Shown: positions 27,219 to 37,266 of the stretch, in pieces | How positions within the stretch are numbered: position 1 is the first letter of the stretch | Layout: every line of letters begins with the position of its first letter | Made by a program: the position numbers and the translations under genes | DNA from: Spirochaetales bacterium | GTDB taxonomy: Bacteria > Spirochaetota > Spirochaetia > Treponematales > UBA12059 | Assembly (NCBI GenBank): GCA_016928955.1 | Contig: JAFGJV010000012.1 | Coordinates: forward strand, 1 to 45,813 | DNA length: 45,813 nucleotides | Reading direction: 5' to 3' | Notes under the pieces: generated by a model | Seen by the model: the letters and a program-made list of their open reading frames with translations, nothing else | Databases searched by the model: none | What the model was told of the DNA's origin: nothing

Positions 27219-28895
27219 ATGCGCCAAGCCTGGAGGCCGCGAGTCGGCATAGCCCTGATAGCCCTGCTTCTGCCCGTGGTGGCCGGCTTCTGGCTGGTGC
27301 TCCGGGGTACCTTCATGCGCGCGGCCCAGGCGGACACGGAGCGCTCGCTGTCCGCCCTGATGAACCAGGCTGACCGGCTGGTATGGGACCTGGACCTGGA
27401 GCTGTCCCTGCTGGACGGTTACCTGGCCGGCCAGGACGCCGACCAGCCCATCGAGCGCGCGGCGGACAGCGCCCTGCAATCCTACCGGGACGCCACGCGC
27501 TGGCCTGGCCTTGTCAATTCGCTGTATCTGGTGGACAGGAGCGCTGACGGGGCCGTGCGCATCCTGAGGCTTGCCCCGGGCGGAGACGCGCCCGACCTTG
27601 CGGACATAGAATCCCTGCTTACTCAGTTTGGCCTGGCCGGACCCGAGGCCGCCCTGGGTTCGGCGCCGCCGTCCAGGGTCATGGCCGTGCGCGTGCAGGA
27701 CAGCGACTCTGGCGGGCGCTCGGCGCGCTTTATCGTGGCCGTGCTCAACCGCGACGTGCTCTCGGGGGCAGCCATGGCCAGCCTTGCGGCCAGCTACTTT
27801 GGCCAGGACTCGGGCTTCCGGGAATACGACATAGTGGTGCGCGACGCTTCCGGGCGGGTGCGTTTCGGCACGCCACCGGCCGACGGGCGTCCGGCGGATT
27901 TCCAGCGGCCCCTGTTCAGGGAATCCGGCCGCTTTGACGTGTTCCGCTTCTATTTCTCTTTCATCCCGCATGACCCAGCCGAGCGTGGCCTGGCCCAGGG
28001 CGAGCTGGAGCGTCCCATAGACCGCCTGCGTTTTCAGACCGACGAGCTCAAAGGCGCTTGGACCCTGGACGTGTACCGCCGGGGCCTGTCCGTTGAGCTG
28101 GCCGAGTTCTGGGAAGCTCGCTTGTGGACGGCGGGCTCGGCGGGCATCCTGACCTTGCTGTACGGCAGCGTGGTTGCCCTGTACGCGGCGGCACGGCGGG
28201 CACGGGAGCTGGCATCGCGCGAGCGTTCCTTTGTGGCCAGCGTCACCCACGAGCTCAAGACGCCCATAGCCGTGGCGCTGAGCGCCGCCGAGAACCTGGA
28301 AAAAGGCATAGTGCCGGACGGCAAGGTGGCCGCGTACGGCGGGGTGGTGGCCAAGGAGGCCAGACGTCTGTCCAGCTCGGTGGACCGCCTCCTGGCCGTG
28401 GCCGGGCTCGAGTCGGCCCAGTCGCGTCCCGGCGGCGAGCCCTTCCCGCTGGCCGACGCCGTGCGCCAGGCGGCCGACGCCCTGGCCCAGGCCGCGTCGT
28501 CCAAGGGCGCCGTCATAGACATAGAAGAAGACGGTCGGCCGGAGGTGGCCGGTTCGCGCGTGCTGGTGGAAGCGGCTGTTGAGTGCGTGCTCGGCAACGC
28601 CGTGGCATACGCAGGCGGCCGGGTGCGCGTGCGCGTAGGGCGCCTGCCCGGCCGGAAGGCCCTGGCCTACGTGCGTTGCCAGGACTCGGGCCCCGGCATA
28701 CCGGCGGACGAGCGTCGCAGGATCTTCGAACCTTTCTACCGGGGCAGGGCTGCAGCCGAGACGGGAGCGCCGGGCACCGGGGTGGGCCTGTACCTGGCGC
28801 GCAAGGCGGCCCAGCTGCATGGGGGCCACGCCAAACTGGAATTGCCTCCTGAGGGAGGCCTTGTGGTCACCCTGAGCTTCAGGAGCGTGCCATGA
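27219..28895 (+). CDS. Two-component sensor histidine kinase
   Basis: Two TMs; VTHELKTP H-box, LGNA, QDSGPGI, IFEPFYRG and GTGVGL all intact. Confidence 0.92.
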   Translation: MRQAWRPRVGIALIALLLPVVAGFWLVLRGTFMRAAQADTERSLSALMNQADRLVWDLDLELSLLDGYLAGQDADQPIERAADSALQSYRDATRWPGLVNSLYLVDRSADGAVRILRLAPGGDAPDLADIESLLTQFGLAGPEAALGSAPPSRVMAVRVQDSDSGGRSARFIVAVLNRDVLSGAAMASLAASYFGQDSGFREYDIVVRDASGRVRFGTPPADGRPADFQRPLFRESGRFDVFRFYFSFIPHDPAERGLAQGELERPIDRLRFQTDELKGAWTLDVYRRGLSVELAEFWEARLWTAGSAGILTLLYGSVVALYAAARRARELASRERSFVASVTHELKTPIAVALSAAENLEKGIVPDGKVAAYGGVVAKEARRLSSSVDRLLAVAGLESAQSRPGGEPFPLADAVRQAADALAQAASSKGAVIDIEEDGRPEVAGSRVLVEAAVECVLGNAVAYAGGRVRVRVGRLPGRKALAYVRCQDSGPGIPADERRRIFEPFYRGRAAAETGAPGTGVGLYLARKAAQLHGGHAKLELPPEGGLVVTLSFRSVP

Positions 28896-29599
28896 GCAAG
28901 GCGAGAATCCTCCTGGTCGAGGACGAACCGGGCCTGGTCCTGACCGTTACCGACCTTTTAGAGGCGGACGGTTACGACGTGGCCCACGCTGGCGATTTCC
29001 ATTCCGCGGACGAGGCCCTGAAGGCCGGCTGGTTTGACCTGGTACTTCTGGACCTCATGCTGCCGGGCGGCTCGGGCCTGGACCTGCTCCGGGACATGCG
29101 GGCCAGGAGCGACCGCAAGCCCGTGCTGGTGCTGACAGCCAGGGCGGCCGTGCCCGAGCGCGTGGTCGGGCTCAAGCTTGGCGCGGACGACTATCTGGGC
29201 AAGCCCTTTGATTCCATGGAGCTATTGGCCAGGATAGAGGCCTTGATCCGGCGTTCGGATACGCCGTCCCTGGCGGCCGAGCTTCCGCAGGCCGTGGTGT
29301 CTAGTTTTGGCGACGTGGAGATAGACGAGGCCCGTTCGGAGGTCCGCAAGGCAGGGCAGGCGCTTCAGCTGACCGTGCAGGAATACCGCCTGCTGGTGTT
29401 CATGGCCGCCCATCCCGGCCGGACCCTGTCCAGGAGGCGTCTCTTGGACGAGGTATGGGGCTACGACGCAGACGTGAACAGCCGCACCGTGGACGTGCAC
29501 GTGTCGTCGCTGCGCCAGAAACTGGGAGAGGATCCCAACCGGCCGCGCTGGGTGTTGACCGTGCGCGGCTTTGGCTACCGTTTCGAGCCGGGCGCCTGA
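28892..29599 (+). CDS. OmpR/PhoB family response regulator
   Basis: LLVEDE, LLDLMLPG, GADDYLGKPF, RTVDVHV and TVRGFGY motifs; ATGA overlap with the kinase. Confidence 0.95.
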   Translation: MSKARILLVEDEPGLVLTVTDLLEADGYDVAHAGDFHSADEALKAGWFDLVLLDLMLPGGSGLDLLRDMRARSDRKPVLVLTARAAVPERVVGLKLGADDYLGKPFDSMELLARIEALIRRSDTPSLAAELPQAVVSSFGDVEIDEARSEVRKAGQALQLTVQEYRLLVFMAAHPGRTLSRRRLLDEVWGYDADVNSRTVDVHVSSLRQKLGEDPNRPRWVLTVRGFGYRFEPGA

Positions 29600-29606
29600 C
29601 AGCCGG

Positions 29607-30782
29607 CTACAGGGCCCCGCTGGCCAGCACGGGAAAGGCTATGAAATTGCCTATGGCTCCCCCAAGGCTGGACAGGAAGAACACCAACAGGATGTGCGTC
29701 ACCTTGTTGGAATAAAACCCCCTGACCGTGCTGATGTCCTTGTTCAGGTTCTGGAAGTCATGGACGCGGGGCTTGCGCAGCCAGGCCTCGGTCAGGCCGG
29801 AGAAGAGGCCCACGGCCACCAGCGGGTTGAGCGTGGCTATGGGCGCCGCCGCAAAGGACACCAGGATGGTCAGCGGGTGGGCCAGGCAGGCCAGGCTGCC
29901 AACGGCCGCCAGGGTGCCGTTCAGGGCTACCCAGCGCAGGAACAGGTTGAGGCTGGCCTCGGCGCCCGAGTTGACAAAGCCCAGGGCGATAAGCCCCACA
30001 ATGACGGCGGGCACCAGCCAGCCTGCCGAGCGCGCCAGAAAGCCCTTGGGCGGGATGCGCTCAAGCTCGGACACGTCGGTGTCTGCCTGGCCGGCGGCCA
30101 GGCGTCCGAGCCAGGCTTCCACGCCGGGCAGGTGGCCGGCGCCGAGCACGGCAAGCACGCGCTGTCCAGGGGCGGACCATATACGGGCGGCCAGGTAGCG
30201 GTCGCGCTCGTCTATCAAGGTTTCCTTGACGCTCGGCAGGTAGTCGGCCAGCTCGCCCATCATCTCGTCCAGCTCCGAGCGTTGCTTGAGGCGCTCTATC
30301 TCTTCCTGACCGGGCTTCTCGGACGAGAAGGCGCCGGCCAGGAGCTGGGCCATCAGCTTGGACTTGTTCCAGAAATTGGACTTGCCCCAGGCGCGCCTGA
30401 GCGTGGTCTGGATGTCGCGGTCACAGAGGCTGTAGGGTATTCCGGCGGCCTCGGCGGCGCGCACGGCCGCGGCCATCTCGGCGCCTGGCTGTACGCCCGC
30501 GTCCAGGCCCATGCGCCGCTGGAACGCGGACAGGGCAAGGTTGGCCAGGAGCAGGAAGGCCTTGCCCTCCTTGATGACCTTGGCTATGTCGGTTTTCTGC
30601 CAGCTGTCCTGGGAATTCATGGAGCGCCAGCGCGTCTCGTCCAGCTCCACGCACACGCGGTCGGGCTGTTCTTCTCGTATCAGGGCCTGGACCTCGTCCA
30701 CGCTGTTCTGGGACACGTGGGCCGTGCCCAGGAGCACGATGCGGCGGTCTTGAAAGCTCAGCGTTCTCACATTGTCGGACAT
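29607..30782 (-). CDS. TraB/GumN family (pheromone shutdown-like) membrane protein
   Basis: LLGTAHVS, VCVELD, PGAEM, DRDIQTTL, LIDERD and VLGAGH motifs; C-terminal TM helices. Confidence 0.92.
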   Translation of the reverse strand: MSDNVRTLSFQDRRIVLLGTAHVSQNSVDEVQALIREEQPDRVCVELDETRWRSMNSQDSWQKTDIAKVIKEGKAFLLLANLALSAFQRRMGLDAGVQPGAEMAAAVRAAEAAGIPYSLCDRDIQTTLRRAWGKSNFWNKSKLMAQLLAGAFSSEKPGQEEIERLKQRSELDEMMGELADYLPSVKETLIDERDRYLAARIWSAPGQRVLAVLGAGHLPGVEAWLGRLAAGQADTDVSELERIPPKGFLARSAGWLVPAVIVGLIALGFVNSGAEASLNLFLRWVALNGTLAAVGSLACLAHPLTILVSFAAAPIATLNPLVAVGLFSGLTEAWLRKPRVHDFQNLNKDISTVRGFYSNKVTHILLVFFLSSLGGAIGNFIAFPVLASGAL

Positions 30783-30812
30783 TCAAACTCCCGGTGGATA
30801 CAGCGTCGCCAA

Positions 30813-30848
30813 GGGAACCTCCAAAAAACGGCGTGATCGGAGGTGCCC
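30813..30848. repeat. 36-bp REP-like palindrome
   Basis: GGGAACCTCC-AAAAAACGGCGTGATC-GGAGGTGCCC; arms complementary 9/10; same family as 43288-43394. Confidence 0.65.
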
Positions 30849-30853
30849 GGCGT

Positions 30854-32230
30854 TTATTTCTCTGCAGGCAGGCGGGCCAGCTCGGCCTGGGCCATGCGGT
30901 GCTCCAGCGTGCCCTGCCGGTCCAGCTCCAAGGACAGGCGTACGTATTTGGCCCCGAGTTCGGGATGGTTCCTGCCCATCCAATAGGCCCCCAGGTAGAA
31001 CAGCATGGCCGCTTTGTTGTCCAGGCTCCGCTCGGCGCTGATCCTCAGTTCCAGCTCGGTGCTCATGTCCGTCTGGTCGTAGGCCAGCCTCAGCATGAGC
31101 CAGTGGGCGGGATAGGTGTCCTTGTTGATCTTGGGCAGGTTCTTGCCCGCGTAGTCTTTGGCGCCCCGGGCGTTACCCGAGCGGAGCAGGGCAAGGGCGG
31201 CGGCTATGTGGTACTCGGGATGGTACTGGGAATGCGTGGACGCCGCCATGAAGGCGTCGGCCGAATCCTGCCAGGCGCCCTGCCTCCAGGACAGGACCCC
31301 GATGGACTCAAGCGCGTACCAGTAGTCAGGGTTGAGCTTGACGATGGCCCGGTAGTCCTCTAGCGCCTCCTGGTCCTTGCCCAGTTCCTCGCGTATGCCG
31401 GCGCGGTACACATAGGGCAGGAAGTAATCAGGATCCAGGTCTATGGCCATGCCCAGGTCCGTTTCGGCCTTGGCGGCGCGTCCGGTGTCCATGTACAGAA
31501 TGCCGCGTTCCAGGTAGGTCCATGCCGACGAGGGAGCCAGCTCCACGGCCTTGTCCAGGTCGGCCTCGCTCTCGGCCAGGCGGCCCAGGTCCCGGTACAC
31601 GCGGCTGCGGTCCAACAGGGCCACGGCGTTGTCCGGCTCGGCGTCCACGGCCCTGGTCAGGTAGGCAAGTGCAGCCTTGCTGTCCTCACGCCGCACCATG
31701 ACGCGGGCCAGGCCCATGAGGGCGTCAACGTGCGTTTCGTCGGCCGCAAGGGCCTTGGCGTATTCAGCCTCCGCGCCGGCGTAGTTCTTGCCGTCGTAGG
31801 CCAGGTCGCCCAGGGCGGCGTGGGCGTCGGCGTTGGCCGGGTCGGCGGCCAGGAGGGCGTCCAGCGCGGCTTTCTGGGCCTTGGTGTCGCCGCCCAGGCG
31901 CTCTATCTCGGACAGCACAAAGAGGGCGTTCAGGTTGTCGGGGGCGGCGGCCACCTCGGCCTGGACCGTGGCCCTGGCCTGGTCGATCTTGCCCATGGAC
32001 AGCTGGACCGAGGCCAGGAGCACCGGCAGGTCCCTGTCCAGGGGCTTGGCCTCCATGAGCTCCATGAGGCGGGCTTCGGCTTCTTCCAGCTTGCCGCCGT
32101 CTATCAGGTTGTACACGGCCTCTACCTTCATGATCTCGCGGTCTGTTGCCGTTGCCGGGGGCGAGCCCGCGCAGGAGGCAAAAGCCAGGACAAACAGAAG
32201 GGCCACGCTGCAGCTGACGGTGGTTTTCAT
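30854..32230 (-). CDS. TPR-repeat lipoprotein
   Basis: Lipobox FAS-C; multiple TPR-like helices (AHAALGDL, AYLTRAVDAEP, DLGMAIDLDP). Confidence 0.88.
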   Translation of the reverse strand: MKTTVSCSVALLFVLAFASCAGSPPATATDREIMKVEAVYNLIDGGKLEEAEARLMELMEAKPLDRDLPVLLASVQLSMGKIDQARATVQAEVAAAPDNLNALFVLSEIERLGGDTKAQKAALDALLAADPANADAHAALGDLAYDGKNYAGAEAEYAKALAADETHVDALMGLARVMVRREDSKAALAYLTRAVDAEPDNAVALLDRSRVYRDLGRLAESEADLDKAVELAPSSAWTYLERGILYMDTGRAAKAETDLGMAIDLDPDYFLPYVYRAGIREELGKDQEALEDYRAIVKLNPDYWYALESIGVLSWRQGAWQDSADAFMAASTHSQYHPEYHIAAALALLRSGNARGAKDYAGKNLPKINKDTYPAHWLMLRLAYDQTDMSTELELRISAERSLDNKAAMLFYLGAYWMGRNHPELGAKYVRLSLELDRQGTLEHRMAQAELARLPAEK

Positions 32231-32260
32231 AATCGCTCCGGGACGCGGTGCGGGGATGAC

Positions 32261-32296
32261 GGGAAGCTCTACTCTCCTGAGTTCCTAGAGGCTCCC
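32261..32296. repeat. 36-bp REP-like palindrome (degenerate)
   Basis: GGGAAGCTCTA...TAGAGGCTCCC; right arm identical to 43384-43394; intergenic. Confidence 0.6.
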
Positions 32297-32427
32297 TGCG
32301 GTTACGCCTGCGCTTGCGCGCCGGGTACCCATGGTCTGGCCATCCTATACGGTAGGGCGATGTTTTGCAAGTTGCCCGCCGGCTGGCGTCGTTGCCTAAG
32401 CGCACGGAAAGCGTATACTATCGCGGC

Positions 32428-34230
32428 ATGAAGTCAGGCGCCTTTGGCCGCGGAGCCCTGTACGCGCTCCTGTATGTGGCCATATTCATCGTTCTTGTGG
32501 TTGTCCAGTTTCCTTCCTCCGGCCCAGAGGTCCTGGTATCCGGGGGCGTCACCCTCCGCGTTGTCCCCGGCCCGGAGGACGACGACGCTCCCCGCTCGGT
32601 GGAGCTCATAGCGGCGGCCCTGCGGCTCACCTTGGGCGAGCGCATGCCCCTTGAGTACCAGGACTCAGGAGGCCAGACCGTTCGGACGCGGCCGTCATCC
32701 TGGATGGAGGTGAACGGCGGCTTTCGCGTGAGCTTTGACGACGGCGGTTCTCTGACGGTGACCGTGGACGCCTTGGGCCGGGCCACCTGGCTCCTGGTTC
32801 CCAGGCGCGACGTGTCGTCCGTGATCCTGCCGCTTGCCGCGGCCAGGGGAGCCCGCCTGCTCACGCCGGCCGACGACGGATCGCCCAGGCTGCGCGCCGA
32901 CGACACATCCTACACGGTGAGCGGGGCTCAGACCGCGGGCCGCTCGGGCCTGGCCCTGGTCGTGCAGAGGGGCGTTGTCCAGCCCCTGGTGGCCGCCCCG
33001 GAGGAGGATCCGGCCCAGCGCGACGCCGCCATGGTCCTGGCCCAGAAGCCCATGGAACCGGAAGCGTGGAAGGCCGTCATAAGCGGCTGGCAGGACACGG
33101 CCTGGGCATGGCTGTCCGGCGAGCGCCTGGACGTGGCATCAGCGTCCTGGGTGGACGCCCAGGGCGGACGCACCTTTGACGAGGACTCGTTTGTGGCATA
33201 CTCGGCCGAGGCGCTGAAGCGTGGCCGGCCGGAACTGGCCTCCGCCCTGGCGGCGTCCGTCAGGGCCAGGCACCTGGAAAAGGTGACCTGGAGATCGGTG
33301 CCCTTCGCGGGCAGGACGGCCACAGCCATGGCCAGCTACGAGACCGCAGGCCTGGCCGCCGCCAAGGAGGCCGAACGCCTGGTCCTGGCCCGGTCGCCGG
33401 AGCTGTTCGCCACGCCGGATGTCATTCACCTGCTGTTCGACCGCTCGTCCTACGCCGTGGCCCAGGCGGCCATGGCCCTGGCCGCCGAGCTGGATTTTTC
33501 CGGCGCGTCCGCCCGTGACGCCGTGCGCCTTATCCAGGCCTACCTGGATTCCCGCGCCTACCTGGACGAAGGGGCCAATCCCCTGGCCAAGCTGGCGGCC
33601 CTGGCCGACAAGGTTTTGGCCCCGGCCGTGCGCCGGGCTGACACGGGTTTCTACCTGGTGACCGGAGCGGACGGAAGCGCGGACACCCTGCTTGGCCTTG
33701 AGGCGGCGCGTGCCCTCATTGAGCTGGGCAACGCCCTGGACAAGGCCGTGTACGTGGGCCTTGGGCAGAGCATCATGACGTCCATACTCGGCGCCCAGGC
33801 CGCAGACGCGTCGGTGCCGGCCGTCTTTACCGTGCGGGACGGGGCCGTGGTTGCCTCCGGAAACCGCCTGAGCGCCGCCAAGATATACGCCCTGGTGGCC
33901 GATTCGCCGTATCTGCCCAAGGCGGTCAGCTTTTTCCGCGACCTGGGGCCGGGCTCCTGGGCGTGGACCTGCTCGCCGTCGTTCACCCTGAAAACCGAGG
34001 CCGACGGCCTCAGCTACCTGGCCAGCTTCCCCGTGCCCTACGCACATTACGCGGCCGTGTACGGCGTGAAGCCCTTTGAGCGCATCCAGCTGTACGGCAT
34101 CAATTACAACATGGACCCGAGTTTCGAGAACTACAACGCGTCGGGCTACCTGTACCGGCGGGAAGCGTCCGCGCTCTACCTGAAGCTCAAGCACAAGAAG
34201 GAAGCGGAGGACATCCGGCTGTTCAGGTAG
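32428..34230 (+). CDS. Membrane-anchored hypothetical protein
   Basis: Long ORF with host codon usage; N-terminal TM (ALYALLYVAIFIVLVVVQF); -10 box 6 nt upstream of ATG 32428; no family recognised. Confidence 0.75.
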   Translation: MKSGAFGRGALYALLYVAIFIVLVVVQFPSSGPEVLVSGGVTLRVVPGPEDDDAPRSVELIAAALRLTLGERMPLEYQDSGGQTVRTRPSSWMEVNGGFRVSFDDGGSLTVTVDALGRATWLLVPRRDVSSVILPLAAARGARLLTPADDGSPRLRADDTSYTVSGAQTAGRSGLALVVQRGVVQPLVAAPEEDPAQRDAAMVLAQKPMEPEAWKAVISGWQDTAWAWLSGERLDVASASWVDAQGGRTFDEDSFVAYSAEALKRGRPELASALAASVRARHLEKVTWRSVPFAGRTATAMASYETAGLAAAKEAERLVLARSPELFATPDVIHLLFDRSSYAVAQAAMALAAELDFSGASARDAVRLIQAYLDSRAYLDEGANPLAKLAALADKVLAPAVRRADTGFYLVTGADGSADTLLGLEAARALIELGNALDKAVYVGLGQSIMTSILGAQAADASVPAVFTVRDGAVVASGNRLSAAKIYALVADSPYLPKAVSFFRDLGPGSWAWTCSPSFTLKTEADGLSYLASFPVPYAHYAAVYGVKPFERIQLYGINYNMDPSFENYNASGYLYRREASALYLKLKHKKEAEDIRLFR

Positions 34231-34272
34231 GCTTGCCTTGGACCCGGGCCTTCTGCTAGCATGGCGCCAACC

Positions 34273-37266
34273 ATGCGTATCGAAGTTCGTTTCTCCGACC
34301 GCGGATTGGACGGCCGGGCCGCCGGCCTGGCCGATAAACTGAGCCGACGGCTTGCCGTCGACATCGGCGTCGCCGTGGTCGACGTCTTCCTGTCAAGCGC
34401 GCCCGTGTCTGTGGACCGGGCGCGCTTCGTTTTGGCGGACCCGGTGGCGCAGACGGTGGCCGTGGACAGGCCAGCCGCCTCCGAGCCGGACCTGGACGGC
34501 TGGTCATGGCTGGTCGAGGTGGCGTACCGGCCGGGCGTGACCGATACCCTGGCCATCACCGCCCGGGAAGCCCTGGCCCTGGATTCGGGCCAGAGCGCGC
34601 CGAACCTGGCCAGCGCGCGCCAGTACCTGCTGTACGGCCCCTTGGACCGGGACGCGGCAGGCAGCTGCGCGGCGCTCGTGCACAATCCCCTGATCCAGAC
34701 GGCCGTGCTCATATCGGCCGCTGACTGGCGCTCAGGCGCCCGGCCCCCGGCGTCCTATCCCGAGCCAGCCGTCCATGACAAGCCAGAGCCCGAGCTTCTG
34801 CCCGTGGGACGCATGGGCGACGACGAGCTTTTGGCCCTGTCCCGTGACCGGCTCCTGGCCCTGAGCCTGGACGAACTGGGCGCCGTGCGCGCCTGGTACG
34901 CCGATCCGGCCACCGCGACGGCGCGCGCCGAACGCGGCCTTCCGCCTGACGCCACGGACGTGGAAATCGAGATGATAGCCCAGACCTGGAGCGAGCACTG
35001 CAAGCACAAGATATTCAACGCCGACATAACGTACGAAGAGCCCGGCAGCCCGCCCCAGACCATTTCGTCGCTCTTTAAAACCTACATCCGCGCCACCACC
35101 GAGCGTCTGGCTCCGCGCAAGCCTTTCCTGCGCTCAGTGTTCACGGACAACGCCGGCGTGGTCGCCTTCCACCAGGGTTCCCTGCTCTGCGTCAAGGCGG
35201 AGACCCACAACAGCCCGAGCGCCCTAGACCCCTACGGCGGGGCCATCACGGGCATTGTGGGCGTCAACCGCGACGTGTTGGGCACGGGCCTGGGCGCCAA
35301 ACCGATTTTCAACACCAACGTGCTGTGCTTTGCGCCGCCGGACACGCCTGAGCCCGAGGTGCCAGCGGGCCTCCTCAAGCCCCGGGACGTGCTGGAGGGC
35401 GTGCACCGCGGCATCGTTGACGGCGGCAACCAGTCGGGCATACCCACGGCGGCGGGCGCCTTCCTTTTTGATGAAAGCTACCTGGGCAAGCCCCTGGTGT
35501 TCTGCGGTACCGGCGGCATCATGCCGGAGACCGTGGGCGGCAAGCCTTCCTGGGAAAAAGCCGCGCGGCCGGGCCACCTGGCCGTCATGATCGGCGGCCG
35601 CATAGGCAAGGACGGCATCCACGGCGCCACCTTCTCCAGCCTGGCCCTGGACGAAGCCAGCCCCGTGTCCGCGGTGCAGATAGGCGACCCCATCATACAG
35701 CGGCGCATGACGGACTTCCTCCTTGAGGCGCGCGACCTCTACCTGTACCGGTCCATTACGGACAACGGCGCCGGCGGCTTGTCGTCCAGCCTGGGCGAGA
35801 TGGCCGAGTCGTCTGGCGGCGTCCTCATAGACCTGGACGCCTGCCCGCTCAAGTATCCCGGCCTGTCGCCCTGGGAAATCCTGGTGTCGGAGAGCCAGGA
35901 GCGGATGAGCCTTGCCGTGGACCCGGCCGACTGGGACGCGTTCAGGGAGCTGGCCGTGCGGCGCGGCGTAGAGGCCACCGTGGTGGGCCGCTTCACGGAT
36001 TCAGGCTACATAGAGATCCTGGCCAACGGGGCGCTGGCCGGCCTTCTGTCCCTGGACTTCCTGCACCACGGCCTCCCGGTCATGAGCCTGCCGGCGCGCT
36101 GGTCGCCAAGCGGGCGCCCTTCCTCTTTCCCGCAGCCGGCTAACGACTGGACCGAGGCCCTTCTTTCCATCCTGGCCGAGCCCAACGCGGCCAGCAAGGA
36201 GCCCTGGGTCCGCCAGTACGACCACGAGGTCCAGGCGCGTTCCGTGGAAAAACCCATGACCGGCGTCAGGCGCGACGCGCCAAGCGACGGCGCCGTGCTC
36301 AGGCTGGACGCCGACACGTTCCGGGGCATTACCGTTACCCATGGCATCTGCCCGCGCTATGGCGACGACGACACGGCCCTGATGGCGCGCATGGCCGTTG
36401 ACGAGGCCTACCGCGCCCACATAGCCCTGGGCGGCGACCCCGAGCGCGCGGCCTGCCTGGACAACTTCTGCTGGCCCGACCCCGTTGAATCCGACGCCAA
36501 TCCGGACGGCGCCTTCAAGGCGGCCCAGCTGGTCCGCGCGTGCCGCGGCCTCCAGGATGCCTGCCTGGCCTACGGCCTGCCCCTGGTCTCAGGCAAGGAC
36601 TCCATGAAGAACGACGCGCGCGCCGGCGGCCGCGTCATATCCGTTCGCCCGACCCTGCTTGTCACCCTTATGGGCGCCATGGACGATGTGCGCAAGGCCC
36701 CGTCCACGGATTTCCTGGGGCCCGGCGAGCTGGTATACGTCCTGGGTTCCACCGGGGGCGAGCTGGGCTGTACCCTGTTCGAGCGCACGCGGGGCCCGGA
36801 CGCGCGCTACGGCGGGGCGCCGGACGTGGACCTCGGAAAGGCGCTGGGTTTGTACAAGGCCCTGGCCCGGGCCGTTTCCGGACGCATAGCGCGCTCCTGC
36901 CACGACTGTTCGGACGGAGGCTTGGCGGCCGCCCTGGCCGAGTCCTGCCTGGGCGGCAGGGTCGGGCTGGAGGCCGAGCTGGGCGGCTTGCCCGGCACCT
37001 GGCGGACGGCGGGCTGTCCGGATCCGGCACCGGCCGCGCTGTTCTCGGAGAGCGGCGGCCGATTTGTTGTGTCCATCAGGCCGGAGGACCGCGAGCGCTT
37101 TGAGGAAACCCTGAGCGGGCATACCGTCCGCTGGATAGGCCGCACCACGGCCGACCCGGGCTTTACGCTTACCCTGGACGGGCGCGCTGTGGTACGCACG
37201 GACCTGGACGCGCTGGAACGCGCTTTCAAGACGCCGATAGGCGGCCACGGCGGAGGCCGGATATGA
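34273..37266 (+). CDS. purL: Phosphoribosylformylglycinamidine synthase PurL with N-terminal PurS-like region
   Basis: AQTWSEHCKHKIF, KAETHNSPSALDPYGGA, DGIHGATFSS, DNGAGG, SESQERM, GKDSM and HDCSDGG motifs; start 34273 or 34261. Confidence 0.93.
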   Translation: MRIEVRFSDRGLDGRAAGLADKLSRRLAVDIGVAVVDVFLSSAPVSVDRARFVLADPVAQTVAVDRPAASEPDLDGWSWLVEVAYRPGVTDTLAITAREALALDSGQSAPNLASARQYLLYGPLDRDAAGSCAALVHNPLIQTAVLISAADWRSGARPPASYPEPAVHDKPEPELLPVGRMGDDELLALSRDRLLALSLDELGAVRAWYADPATATARAERGLPPDATDVEIEMIAQTWSEHCKHKIFNADITYEEPGSPPQTISSLFKTYIRATTERLAPRKPFLRSVFTDNAGVVAFHQGSLLCVKAETHNSPSALDPYGGAITGIVGVNRDVLGTGLGAKPIFNTNVLCFAPPDTPEPEVPAGLLKPRDVLEGVHRGIVDGGNQSGIPTAAGAFLFDESYLGKPLVFCGTGGIMPETVGGKPSWEKAARPGHLAVMIGGRIGKDGIHGATFSSLALDEASPVSAVQIGDPIIQRRMTDFLLEARDLYLYRSITDNGAGGLSSSLGEMAESSGGVLIDLDACPLKYPGLSPWEILVSESQERMSLAVDPADWDAFRELAVRRGVEATVVGRFTDSGYIEILANGALAGLLSLDFLHHGLPVMSLPARWSPSGRPSSFPQPANDWTEALLSILAEPNAASKEPWVRQYDHEVQARSVEKPMTGVRRDAPSDGAVLRLDADTFRGITVTHGICPRYGDDDTALMARMAVDEAYRAHIALGGDPERAACLDNFCWPDPVESDANPDGAFKAAQLVRACRGLQDACLAYGLPLVSGKDSMKNDARAGGRVISVRPTLLVTLMGAMDDVRKAPSTDFLGPGELVYVLGSTGGELGCTLFERTRGPDARYGGAPDVDLGKALGLYKALARAVSGRIARSCHDCSDGGLAAALAESCLGGRVGLEAELGGLPGTWRTAGCPDPAPAALFSESGGRFVVSIRPEDRERFEETLSGHTVRWIGRTTADPGFTLTLDGRAVVRTDLDALERAFKTPIGGHGGGRI

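Noticed and set aside
29607..30782. TraB as evidence of a conjugative element
   Set aside because: This is the TraB/GumN pheromone-shutdown family, common on chromosomes; no T4SS, relaxase or integrase genes are nearby.
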